A DNA stretch of 64,000 nt from the NCBI GenBank assembly GCA_964601935.1, contig CAZROP010000001.1, forward strand, positions 98,428 to 162,427. Direction: 5' to 3'. The notes below the pieces were generated by a model, which ran no database searches, was not told where the DNA came from, and saw only the letters and a program-made list of their open reading frames with translations. Of the stretch, positions 49,725 through 59,348 are shown in pieces. Source of the DNA: an uncultured Candidatus Saccharibacteria bacterium (GTDB lineage: Bacteria; Patescibacteriota; Minisyncoccia; Phycocordibacterales; UBA1006). A program made the position numbers and the translations under genes. Position 1 is the stretch's first letter. Each line of letters opens with the position of its first letter.

Positions 49725-51362
49725 TTATTCCCTTTTTATATGCTGCCTCAAATACTCTGTCGTTCCTCCTACCTTTTTACCAGGATTGAATATATTCAAC
49801 GGATCGAATATCTGTTTTACCTTTTTGAAAAGCTCGAGCATGTCATCATCAAACATATGATGTAAATATGGTGTACGTACAATACCATCATTGTGTTCTG
49901 CAGTAATTGATCCGTGATACTCATGGACCAACGCATATACTTTTTCAGATACATCCATAATTATTTCGACAGTCTGTGGATCACGGAAATCCATCAACGG
50001 AATTATGTGGAAATTACCATTCCCTGCATGTCCAGCAATAGTGTAGTTCAGGTTATACGAATGTAACAGATCATGTAATCGCGGCAAAAACTCTGGCAGA
50101 AATTCCGGAACAATACATACATCGTCTATGAATGGTGCTGTGCGTTTTCCTGACAGATGCTTGCGTAATAGATTGAATGATTCCCGGCGAATAGTCCAGT
50201 ACTTTTCTTCCCCTGCATCATTGGCAGGAATTCTCACCTCATAGCCGAATTTCTGTACCGCATCATGGGCAGGCAATAGACGTGTATCTATCTCTTCATC
50301 ATTCACACCTTTGAACTCTGCAACCAATATTAATTTGGGCACACCACCCCGCAGCATCATCCCCAACTCTGGCAAGAATTGTATCCCGAGTGACAGTGAT
50401 TTCTTCCATCCGAGACTTTTTATAAAATCAGGAAAAAACCGTACTGCTAATTTCATTGATGCATCATCGTAGGACTCTATACTACTAGGACTGTACTCTA
50501 GCAAGACATTCACAATTTCACCCAGGCGCGACAAATCTGGCAGCATAACGACTATCATCTTTGCAGCTGGCTCTACTGGTCGCAGTCTCCATGTAATTTC
50601 ACTAGCAATACCAAGTGTTCCCTGCGAACCGCACAATAATTGATTCATATCGAAATCTCCTGTTTCAGCATCCAATACATTCCACAAATAATATCCTGCA
50701 GAGTTTTTTGATACTAATGGTTTATTGCGCTGAATCACCGTCCAATTATCACGGATCAGCGTATATACATCTCGATACAAACGACCCTCGAATGAATCCT
50801 GTACGATTTTGAATTGTAGCGCACGATCTGATAGCGGAGACACTACATATTCGTTTCCATCTGCGAACACGTGCTTCGTCTTCATAATCCAATTGGCAGC
50901 TTTACCATGTAGCAACGATGCCTCTCCGCCACAATTATTGCCGAACATTCCCCCTATGCCACACAGATGCTTGCTTGCCGGGTACACTGGCATTTCCAAA
51001 CTAGCAGCGTGCGTGACCAATTCCATATCACGATACAGCGCACCTGGTTGTGCAGTAATATACGGTATATCATCGCGCATTTCGATACTGCCGATGGTAT
51101 TCATGTATTTTTGTGTATCAATGATAACTCCCTCTGTCAGTGATCCACCTGACATACAGGTGCCCGCTGACCGGGCTGCCATATATGCACCTGCTTCGCC
51201 TTTTTCTGCGGCTTTTGAAATCTGCCTGACTATTTGCCGTAACTGACCCGAGTCTTCAGGAAATGTAACCAACGATGGAGTAACAGAAAATATACTCGCA
51301 TCACTACTACATCGGCCGATATCTGATTTATCTATACTCTGGTCTACACTCGTTATATTCAT
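49725..51362 (-). CDS. FAD-linked oxidase (GlcD / D-lactate dehydrogenase family)
   Basis: 545 aa. N-terminal FAD_binding_4-like region (AARSAGTCMSGGSLTEGVIID) and a C-terminal FAD-oxidase domain. Confidence 0.8.
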   Translation of the reverse strand: MNITSVDQSIDKSDIGRCSSDASIFSVTPSLVTFPEDSGQLRQIVRQISKAAEKGEAGAYMAARSAGTCMSGGSLTEGVIIDTQKYMNTIGSIEMRDDIPYITAQPGALYRDMELVTHAASLEMPVYPASKHLCGIGGMFGNNCGGEASLLHGKAANWIMKTKHVFADGNEYVVSPLSDRALQFKIVQDSFEGRLYRDVYTLIRDNWTVIQRNKPLVSKNSAGYYLWNVLDAETGDFDMNQLLCGSQGTLGIASEITWRLRPVEPAAKMIVVMLPDLSRLGEIVNVLLEYSPSSIESYDDASMKLAVRFFPDFIKSLGWKKSLSLGIQFLPELGMMLRGGVPKLILVAEFKGVNDEEIDTRLLPAHDAVQKFGYEVRIPANDAGEEKYWTIRRESFNLLRKHLSGKRTAPFIDDVCIVPEFLPEFLPRLHDLLHSYNLNYTIAGHAGNGNFHIIPLMDFRDPQTVEIIMDVSEKVYALVHEYHGSITAEHNDGIVRTPYLHHMFDDDMLELFKKVKQIFDPLNIFNPGKKVGGTTEYLRQHIKRE

Positions 51363-51381
51363 ATCTGAGGGAGTATAGCAT

Positions 51382-52323
51382 TTATGAATTATCTATGCCT
51401 GCACATAATTTCATTTTCTGGATAACGACAGATTTCATAGCTTCGTATGCGGGTTTGGAATATTTATATGGCGCAGTTTCTGATGGATTCTCCTCAAGGA
51501 ATTTGCGCAATGCAGCCGTATAGGCAACACGTAATTCTGTATTCACATGCACCATAACAACACCCTTACCAATACAGGAACGGATATCTGCATCACTATT
51601 CCCAGACGCACCATGTAGCACCAGCGGGATACCTGTTGCCGATGCTATTTCTGCAACCCGCTCAGGATGTAACGGCGGCTCGCCTGCAGTGATAATTCCA
51701 TGAACATTTCCTACAGCAGGAGCTAGTAGGTCAACACCTGTCGCCAGCACAAAATTCCGAGCCTCTGCAGGCGTGGTCATACTACTTTCAATTACATCAA
51801 CAGGTAGTGCGTCATATACTTTCGACGACTGACCGATATAGCCAAGCTCTGCCTCCACCAAAATATCTCGGCCTGTTTTAATAGAAAGTGAACAAGCATA
51901 CTCAACACATTGTTTCGTGAATGCAATATTTTCTAGAGTAGGAAGCTTTGCCCCGTCCGCAATCGCCATATCAAACCCTGCATCCAAACATGCCTGAACC
52001 CGATCAAATGAATAATGATGATCTGCATTTAGGTACACCTGGATGCCTCGCTGCTGTGCAGAGCGTACCAATGCTACAGCCTCATGAATACCAACCAGGT
52101 CTTCTTCGCCCTCGGACAATCCTATAACAACTGGAAGATGTAATTCTTGTGATGCTTCTATTATCGCATGGAACCCTTCCAGGTTAGAAATATTAAAATG
52201 ACCTATCGCCTTTTTCTGTTCGCGAAAGCGTGTTATTTGTGATCGCAGTGACGGAACATACTGCGGTTCATGCCGCGACAAACCGAGAAAAGAAAGTAAT
52301 GACATATACACATATTTTAACAT
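51382..52323 (-). CDS. Class II fructose/tagatose-bisphosphate aldolase family protein
   Basis: The YLNADHHYSF and LVLHGASG regions correspond to the class II aldolase metal-binding motifs (L.LDHG and HGGSG). Confidence 0.65.
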   Translation of the reverse strand: MLKYVYMSLLSFLGLSRHEPQYVPSLRSQITRFREQKKAIGHFNISNLEGFHAIIEASQELHLPVVIGLSEGEEDLVGIHEAVALVRSAQQRGIQVYLNADHHYSFDRVQACLDAGFDMAIADGAKLPTLENIAFTKQCVEYACSLSIKTGRDILVEAELGYIGQSSKVYDALPVDVIESSMTTPAEARNFVLATGVDLLAPAVGNVHGIITAGEPPLHPERVAEIASATGIPLVLHGASGNSDADIRSCIGKGVVMVHVNTELRVAYTAALRKFLEENPSETAPYKYSKPAYEAMKSVVIQKMKLCAGIDNS

Positions 52324-52362
52324 GCGAATATATATTTAACACCATAAACTAAACAATTTAAA

Positions 52363-53157
52363 CTACTGACTCAAAAACTTTTCTCTTGCGATTATAAAAT
52401 CACTTGGATACTCACCGACATACTCTACCTCGCGGCCAGAAATATCACGGAATCGTAGTATACGCGCGTGCAATGCCTGCCTATTGAAGTTTAGACTACG
52501 CTCGAGTAAGCCCTTGCCCACATACCCCTTGTCGCCCACTATAGGGCAACCAATGGATTTCATATGTACACGTATTTGATGCGTTCTACCTGTTTTTGGC
52601 ATACATCGCACGAACGAGTACTGATGCCCCTGATCCAAAAAAGAAGTCACAACCTGGTAATACGTTAACGCTTCGCGTGTAGCACCCTTTGCGCGCGGAG
52701 GCACAGCAAACCGCTCACCATTTCCACCTTCACGCCCAATAGGCAGTGCCACACTGCCTCGATCCCGCTTCGGAACGCCGTATACAAATGTATGATATTC
52801 TTTGAACACTTCACGGTTTTGGAACTGGGCTTTCAAATGTTCATACATAGCCTGAGTTCGCGCAACAACCATCACCCCGGACGTATCACGGTCCAATCGG
52901 TGCACAATACCTGATCGATTCACAGCCTCGTCATTATCTACAGGCGAATTGTCGAGAAATAACTCGTACTCGCCATATCTAACCATAGCCTCACCAATAC
53001 CATTAATTTCAGGATATTGTTGTAGTATTAGATCTGCTAATGCAGGCTCTATTGTTTTTCCATCGCTGTGCACGATCAAGCCAGCTGGTTTATTCACCAC
53101 GATATAGTCGGGCGATTCAAATATAATAAGATCTTTGATATTCATAAGTATACGCAC
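52363..53157 (-). CDS. RluA-family pseudouridine synthase
   Basis: The catalytic motif HRLDRDTSGVMVVAR is present. Confidence 0.85.
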   Translation of the reverse strand: MRILMNIKDLIIFESPDYIVVNKPAGLIVHSDGKTIEPALADLILQQYPEINGIGEAMVRYGEYELFLDNSPVDNDEAVNRSGIVHRLDRDTSGVMVVARTQAMYEHLKAQFQNREVFKEYHTFVYGVPKRDRGSVALPIGREGGNGERFAVPPRAKGATREALTYYQVVTSFLDQGHQYSFVRCMPKTGRTHQIRVHMKSIGCPIVGDKGYVGKGLLERSLNFNRQALHARILRFRDISGREVEYVGEYPSDFIIAREKFLSQ

Positions 53158-53244
53158 TATGTCATAGATTTAGTCTTTGGCAAGAAAACCGCACCCGGGA
53201 GGGTGCGGTTTTCTTGGACGTGCGGTTTTGTTCTGCCGCACTTA

Positions 53245-53448
53245 TTAAACTCTAACGTATGGCAATAGTCCCATGAAGCGAGCACGCTTTACTGCCTGAG
53301 CAAGCTCACGCTGTTTCAAGCGCGAAACACTCGTGCGTCGTGCTGACATGATGCGTCCATGCGGGGTCAGAAACTTTTCGATCAAGTCAGTATTTTTATA
53401 ATCAATATGCTTGATACCATTCTGTTTGAAGTAGCACTGTTTTTTCAT
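53245..53448 (-). CDS. rpsR: 30S ribosomal protein S18
   Basis: 67 aa. DYKNTDLIEKFLTPHGRIMSARRTSVSRLKQRELAQAVKRARFMGLLPY matches the S18 consensus. Confidence 0.9.
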   Translation of the reverse strand: MKKQCYFKQNGIKHIDYKNTDLIEKFLTPHGRIMSARRTSVSRLKQRELAQAVKRARFMGLLPYVRV

Positions 53449-53502
53449 AATAGTAAAATGGAATGAGGGGTAATAATATATACAGTATCGAAACGGGCAA
53501 AC

Positions 53503-53976
53503 CTAGAAAGGTATATCGTCTGGATTTGGATCTTCTCCAAAGTCGATAATATCGAACTCTTGAGGATTGCCAATAGGCTCTGATTTTTCTGCCTTTGGTG
53601 CAGGTATTGGATCGTTCGGATCAAATGACTGCCGACTAGGAGCACCTGATGGTGAGCCCATGAAGCGAACATTATCAGCATTGATTTCAGTTTTGTACTG
53701 CTTCTTGCCATCTGGACCATCCCAACTGCGAGTCTGGATACGACCCTCGATGAACGCACTAGAACCTTTTTTCAAAAACTTTGCGCAATTTTCTGCCTGA
53801 ACACCCCATATCACAATATTATGATACTCGGGAACATCCTTGCGGTTTCCTGTAGCGTCCTTGTACGAATAATTAGTTGCTATAGAAAAGTTACAAACCT
53901 TTGCGCCTGAAGGAGTTGATTTCAATTCAGGGTCACGTGTTAGATTTCCCATCAAAAGTACTTTGTTCAGTGACAT
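53503..53976 (-). CDS. ssb: Single-stranded DNA-binding protein
   Basis: OB-fold N-terminus (KVLLMGNLTRDPELK), a Gly/Pro-rich tail, and the acidic C-terminal DDIPF end. Confidence 0.9.
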   Translation of the reverse strand: MSLNKVLLMGNLTRDPELKSTPSGAKVCNFSIATNYSYKDATGNRKDVPEYHNIVIWGVQAENCAKFLKKGSSAFIEGRIQTRSWDGPDGKKQYKTEINADNVRFMGSPSGAPSRQSFDPNDPIPAPKAEKSEPIGNPQEFDIIDFGEDPNPDDIPF

Positions 53977-53985
53977 ATAAATATA

Positions 53986-54513
53986 TTATACTACATCGCT
54001 CGCTGTTAATTCATCAAGAGGCTTATCCAATAGAGAAGGAACCTCTACTTCCACCTCATCCTCTACTACCGGATCTACGATTACTGGTGGCAGCTCTTCA
54101 GCACTCTGCTCTTCACCTGAAGAGCGAGATTCTGCACGACGACGTGGATTCTTTCGCGCTGTATAAGTGTTCTCTCGAACAGTTTTGAAAGCAAGGTATC
54201 TAATGATAGACAGGTCTTGTGCCAACTCCTGTTCGATACCTTTTATCAAGCTCGCATCAATTTCAAACTTGTACCAAGCAAAGTATGCTTCGTTATAGCT
54301 CGTTTTCTTGTTCTCGCGAACCTGGTACATAGGATACGCTAAATCGATTCGTTCTGGCGCCCCTTCCTGGATTAGGCTGCCACCTAATTCAGTCACTCGA
54401 TCTTTTAGGCGAGTAAAGTTTTGCGCAGCACCCTCGTCCCCAAGTGTAGGCACCATTTGTACCCCAACCTCATATACGCGTGATCGCTCAAATTCTTCTG
54501 GAATCATAATCAA
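53986..54513 (-). CDS. rpsF: 30S ribosomal protein S6 with an acidic C-terminal extension
   Basis: YEVGVQMVP...RIDLAYPMYQ...AYFAWYKFEIDASLIKGIEQEL follows the S6 pattern, and the gene order rpsF-ssb-rpsR is the usual one. Confidence 0.75.
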   Translation of the reverse strand: MIMIPEEFERSRVYEVGVQMVPTLGDEGAAQNFTRLKDRVTELGGSLIQEGAPERIDLAYPMYQVRENKKTSYNEAYFAWYKFEIDASLIKGIEQELAQDLSIIRYLAFKTVRENTYTARKNPRRRAESRSSGEEQSAEELPPVIVDPVVEDEVEVEVPSLLDKPLDELTASDVV

Positions 54514-54648
54514 GTCGAATAAGTTACATTATTAATACCAACAAAGGTAGAGTATATTCGACATACACCCACTGGAACCTAACTTCTAGGTCCTTTGCCA
54601 GCTTGTTGATACTTTGCCATATTTATAGAAAAATGCAATACTGACGAA

Positions 54649-55377
54649 ATGGTACACATCATATGGAAAGATTTCGGCGAAACCATGTCCGAAGTACTCG
54701 ATCGCTGTAAAAAACGCGATAATATAACAGAGCCGGCGACCTATGCTGGGCGACTGGACCCTGCAGCACAGGGATATGTCACCATACTATCTGGAGCAGA
54801 CAGACTACGCAAAGACGAATTCCTATCACACGACAAACACTATACTGCCGATATGTTGCTAAGCATTGCTACCGACACCTTCGATATATTTGGACTCATC
54901 ACAGAGACACAATTGGAATCTATACCCCAGTCACTCGAGGAGTACCAGGAAATAGCATCATCTTACAAAGGCGTTATTACCCAACAATTCCCCGCATTTA
55001 GCGGATACCGGCATCAGGGCAAACCTCTGTGGCAGCATGCTGTAGAAGAAGTCCCTACAGATATACAAAGACAACGCACTATTTATAATATCGCGGCCAC
55101 TAACCTATCGACAATCAAGCTGAGTGATATCGTTACTCAAGTAGACGCATTATGCCAACGCCCATCACTACAAAAATTCAGGGTGGCCAATATACGTTCT
55201 TGCTGGAGCACATTATTAGCGTCCGAAGGCGACAGGACTTTATATGTGGTTTCCCTAGAACTTCATGTGAGCAGTGGAACCTTTGTCCGCACTATTATTA
55301 ATACACTGAGTAGGTCGTGCGACATTCCTGGCTGTGCTTTTAATATTACTCGCACCCGACCCACAACAGAAGACTAA
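54649..55377 (+). CDS. truB: tRNA pseudouridine synthase TruB-like (no PUA domain)
   Basis: YAGRLDPAAQGYVTILSGADRLRKDEFLSHDKHYTADMLLSIATDTFDIFG fits the TruB catalytic-core pattern G(T/R)LDPxAxG...DKxY...TDTxD. Confidence 0.55.
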   Translation: MVHIIWKDFGETMSEVLDRCKKRDNITEPATYAGRLDPAAQGYVTILSGADRLRKDEFLSHDKHYTADMLLSIATDTFDIFGLITETQLESIPQSLEEYQEIASSYKGVITQQFPAFSGYRHQGKPLWQHAVEEVPTDIQRQRTIYNIAATNLSTIKLSDIVTQVDALCQRPSLQKFRVANIRSCWSTLLASEGDRTLYVVSLELHVSSGTFVRTIINTLSRSCDIPGCAFNITRTRPTTED

Positions 55378-57047
55378 CGGCTCGCAGCATGTGTCACAAT
55401 GACATACTCATCAGCACCTTGTGACTCTGCCTCCGATAACTCAGGCATGGTTTCTTCTACAACTTGCTGACTTCGTGGATAGTATAGGCGAATGATATAT
55501 ATACCAGAAGCGAATAGAGTAACGAGCGAGACCACTGACAGAATCATAAGCGATCCGATTGAAAGCGACTGAGAATTTTCTGCGGCACCTGTACCTTTAT
55601 TGTTCGGAGTCTGAACATCTGATATATCTCTGACAAGGCTACTTCCAGAGTCTCCCATAGACATCCCAGGCGTGGTTACATTATCATACTGCACCAATGT
55701 TGTATCACGCACTGATGCATAGAGCTTATTCGCTACGCTAGATTGTGAGGTAGCAGCTATAGTGAAGGGTTGCTGAGTATGAGCCGTAGATGTGTTCGAA
55801 CTTCCAGACACAGAAGATATTGCAGCGACCGGATCAGGAACAACGAATTCTCGGCTGGCGACTTTTGTACTGCCATTCGGTGCGATCAACTCTATTAACT
55901 TTGGTCTATCCGACAATAACTGTGCACTATCTCCAATACTGATTGTGGCACTCGGCAATACAACGGTATGACTTGCGATTGTTATACTACGGCTTGGAGT
56001 GCGCAGTATATAGCGTGAGATATCAATCTCGTTATCAGTCTGATTAGTGATGGTGATAACATAACCATCACGACCAATGGTCAGTAATGGACTGATCACA
56101 GCAATATCACTGACATAGTGTGCCAACGGTTCTGAACTCAAATCACTATGACTATATTCTACTATTAAACGGTAATTGCCCGATCGAGAATATACATACT
56201 GAATTGGATCTGTAGTTTGTCTGACGATTTCTCGACCATCACCTGTTATGACTCTGATTCTACCGAGCGTATACTCACGGACGTCTTCACCGAGCGTGCG
56301 GATAATTTTAGGATGCACAGAAAAAGGCGCACCTGCAACCGGTTCTTTCGGCACAGTGCGCACGGTCATAGCATAGATGGGAACAATAGGACGCGTAGAA
56401 CCCGATGAGACTGTAGATGGTGTGTTTGTATTTGCTTGTTGGCTTTGATTACTACCACTAGTAGTATTTCCTGACCCAGTATTATTTTGCTGAGATGTTT
56501 GCTGTCCTGCTGTGGCGACATTCGGGTCTGCGCCAGGATTCGGCATGCGCGATACCCATTGACCCCCTACCCAGTGCAGGGAATTACTGTCACCGGCAGC
56601 CAACACTCCGCCTACATAGGTAACCTGTGCCACAATATCTCCGGAGAGAGTTTTAAAAGAAAACGATTCTCCTGTATTATTAAGTGAGAAAGAACTATCG
56701 TACACATCACCTGTATACGATGGATATCCTGACAATGTAGCTACACCTGATACTGCAACAATAGCATATTCGCCAGGACTGATAGACCCGTCACCAAGCG
56801 ATGTAGAAATGGAATGGTTAGTGTTCGCCTCGAACAGTTTCCAGCTACTCAGCTGCACGTTATCTTGTGTATCATTGTACACCTCGATCCACTCCTGCCC
56901 GGTATCGGTGCCCGCAGGATCATACATTATTTCCGTAACCACCAAGGCATGTGTTGTTATTGAAATAGCAAAAGATAAAATAACGAGAGCGATCAGTTTA
57001 TAAGCGTACCCCCAATGCACGCGCCAAATCTGCTGGAGAGATTTCAT
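55374..57047 (-). CDS. Lamin-tail-domain (LTD) protein with N- and C-terminal TM anchors
   Basis: LVVTEIMYDPAGTDTGQEWIEVYNDTQDNVQLSSWKL is the LTD signature. A Ser/Thr/Gln-rich linker and a C-terminal TM segment (LMILSVVSLVTLFASGIYII) follow. The start is chosen at the Met preceding the N-terminal TM segment; the ORF track extends it to 57143. Confidence 0.65.
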   Translation of the reverse strand: MKSLQQIWRVHWGYAYKLIALVILSFAISITTHALVVTEIMYDPAGTDTGQEWIEVYNDTQDNVQLSSWKLFEANTNHSISTSLGDGSISPGEYAIVAVSGVATLSGYPSYTGDVYDSSFSLNNTGESFSFKTLSGDIVAQVTYVGGVLAAGDSNSLHWVGGQWVSRMPNPGADPNVATAGQQTSQQNNTGSGNTTSGSNQSQQANTNTPSTVSSGSTRPIVPIYAMTVRTVPKEPVAGAPFSVHPKIIRTLGEDVREYTLGRIRVITGDGREIVRQTTDPIQYVYSRSGNYRLIVEYSHSDLSSEPLAHYVSDIAVISPLLTIGRDGYVITITNQTDNEIDISRYILRTPSRSITIASHTVVLPSATISIGDSAQLLSDRPKLIELIAPNGSTKVASREFVVPDPVAAISSVSGSSNTSTAHTQQPFTIAATSQSSVANKLYASVRDTTLVQYDNVTTPGMSMGDSGSSLVRDISDVQTPNNKGTGAAENSQSLSIGSLMILSVVSLVTLFASGIYIIRLYYPRSQQVVEETMPELSEAESQGADEYVIVTHAASR

Positions 57048-59292
57048 TCCAGCCAATATGACCTGTCTGTTGTGTCGGAGTAGGGACAGGACTGGAGCTA
57101 CTCGGGTCTGATGTTCTGACAGGTTCCGCGATTTCATGGGCATATATTGCCGATTCCGCCTTTTTTGTCAAGACATAAGGATTTGCCTGCTGAAAAATCT
57201 GCGATGTATCTACTGAATCCTGGCGAGCAGGACGAGCAGCTAAAACCATCTTGTCTCGTCCAACTTCTGCTGGTTTTGACTGCTTCTGTAGCTCATCTAC
57301 TCTGGTTACCTCTGGGTCTTTTTGCAAACCCGCCAATAAATCACGAAGTGAGTTGCGTGTATCATCGGTGGCTTCATTTTTCTTTGGCGCTATAGTTTCT
57401 GGCTTGCGAAGCTCGCTCTTTCTCTCGTTTCGAGAATCCTGAGTATTAGGTGCATTTCTGTCAAAGTCTCTATGAATATCCGGCTGAGGTCTTGGCTGCA
57501 CAGGTCGCTCGGGTCTCTGCATCGGCGTCATAGTACGCTGAGGCGATCTTTCATTTGAATCATTACTTCTTCTACTTTGTGCTGCTTCAGCTTGTTGTCG
57601 TTCGCGCATTTCTATACGCTTTTGATTCATAACCTCATTCAAATTTCCTGCTTCTTTTGCTGCTCTATGCTCTTCTGGTGACAGCCATACTCCACCTTTT
57701 GATTCTATTTCTTTGCGACGCTGTTCCAGAAATACCGCATGTTCTGCATCCTTTTTTGTTTGCTGACGCACCTCTGTAGATTCTGAATAGTCTGCAGGTT
57801 TATTATTCGTTCTGGATTCTGATTGAGAAGTATTAAGAGCTGAATGTTGATGCAGCTCTTCTCTCGGCATACTATTTCTCTGTTCTGGAGAGGCTGACCG
57901 AGAATATGACTGTTGTGCTGGTGAGAGTGGACGTTGTGCCTGAGTATTGTTAGATTGGGGCGACTGTTGCTGATAATATCCCTGCTGGTGTGCAGTATCA
58001 GCGCCAAACCACTGACTAATTTCTGCTTCTACCTCGGCACGTGGTCGTGTATAGCGACTACGGCTTGCAGCGATTACTTCGTTATAAAATGTAACACTTG
58101 GCTTTGGAGGCAACAATAGTGTACGGGCCGAGAATGGAGCAGATCCAACACCATCAATAAGAAGCGTCAAATATATTTGCGCCAATGACAAATTCATAAT
58201 ATCAGTCTGTGTGAAAACGGGGGCGAATGCTTTTTCTAGCACCTCTGCGTCCTCAGGCTTCTGCGTACGAAATGCAATTTTTGTTCCCACGTTACCGAAC
58301 ACGGCTGCACGAATCTTTTCTGGCATTTGGTCGATGTACTGATGAGCGACTGTGAGTCCCAATTTGTACTTTCGCGATTCTGACAAGATATTCTCGAACG
58401 AATCATTAGCAAAGTTCTGGAACTCGTCCACGAACATATAGAACGGTGGCAAGAAGTTCATTTCGTACTCAGTTTTATCAGCTCGTGACATTGCGGCCAA
58501 ATAAATCTTGGTAATGAGCATGGCACCAATCAACGGTGCATTCTGCTCGCCAACGCGCCCTTTCGACAAATTTGCAATAAATATTTTACGAGTGTCCATC
58601 ATGTCGCGGAAATCCAATGTCGATCTGGGCTGGCCGAGTATATTACGGATCATGGGATTAGCGGTGAACTGTCCCACCTTGTTCTGGATTGCTGCGAAGG
58701 CTTCACGCGCGAATTTATCCTCCCACTTCATGAACTCATCAACCCAGGTAGACCTCACAGAAGGGTCTTTTACATTCGCCACTACTTTTTCGCGAAACTT
58801 TTTATCAGACAACATACGGTTCACGCTCAATAAGGTTGCATCCGGATATTCCAATAGTGCCAGCAAAGTATTTGACAGCACGTATTCCATACGCGCAGAA
58901 AATGCATCTACCCATATTTTCTTGAAAGCAGTTAATAGCCCATCTGATATTTGTGATCGCAAATCAGGACCAGGGTCTTCCAGAGGATTGAAACCTATCG
59001 GATTTTCCAAATCATGTGGAGCGAAATAGATAACATCATTGATACGATGTTCAGGAATATATTGCAAAATCTTTTCTGCACTACTACCGTGTGGGTCTAT
59101 CAGCGCAACGCCGTTCCCATTCAATATATCTTGGATCACAAGGTTTTCGATCAACCACGATTTTCCCACTCCAGTAGAACCAATAATATAGGTATGGCGC
59201 AAACGATCACGGGCACGAATACCGAATTTTACATTCTGGTTACGAAAATCTGTTGTCCCAATAAATGTGAGTGCTCGTGGATCATCCAGCAT
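56998..59292 (-). CDS. FtsK/HerA/TraD-superfamily P-loop ATPase (TraD/VirD4-like coupling protein) with a ~350 aa low-complexity Q/R/E/S-rich C-terminal tail
   Basis: Walker A motif IIGSTGVGKS and Walker B-like MFVDEFQNF, then ESRKYKLGLTVAHQYIDQ. The C-terminal half has no hydrophobic core (QQGYYQQQSPQSNNTQAQRP...RPERPVQPRPQP). Confidence 0.45.
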   Translation of the reverse strand: MLDDPRALTFIGTTDFRNQNVKFGIRARDRLRHTYIIGSTGVGKSWLIENLVIQDILNGNGVALIDPHGSSAEKILQYIPEHRINDVIYFAPHDLENPIGFNPLEDPGPDLRSQISDGLLTAFKKIWVDAFSARMEYVLSNTLLALLEYPDATLLSVNRMLSDKKFREKVVANVKDPSVRSTWVDEFMKWEDKFAREAFAAIQNKVGQFTANPMIRNILGQPRSTLDFRDMMDTRKIFIANLSKGRVGEQNAPLIGAMLITKIYLAAMSRADKTEYEMNFLPPFYMFVDEFQNFANDSFENILSESRKYKLGLTVAHQYIDQMPEKIRAAVFGNVGTKIAFRTQKPEDAEVLEKAFAPVFTQTDIMNLSLAQIYLTLLIDGVGSAPFSARTLLLPPKPSVTFYNEVIAASRSRYTRPRAEVEAEISQWFGADTAHQQGYYQQQSPQSNNTQAQRPLSPAQQSYSRSASPEQRNSMPREELHQHSALNTSQSESRTNNKPADYSESTEVRQQTKKDAEHAVFLEQRRKEIESKGGVWLSPEEHRAAKEAGNLNEVMNQKRIEMRERQQAEAAQSRRSNDSNERSPQRTMTPMQRPERPVQPRPQPDIHRDFDRNAPNTQDSRNERKSELRKPETIAPKKNEATDDTRNSLRDLLAGLQKDPEVTRVDELQKQSKPAEVGRDKMVLAARPARQDSVDTSQIFQQANPYVLTKKAESAIYAHEIAEPVRTSDPSSSSPVPTPTQQTGHIGWNEISPADLARALGVRL

Positions 59293-59348
59293 ATGCCACT
59301 AGTATACACCATACTCATGTCGATGAGCAGCAAATAACCTGAACCTAA

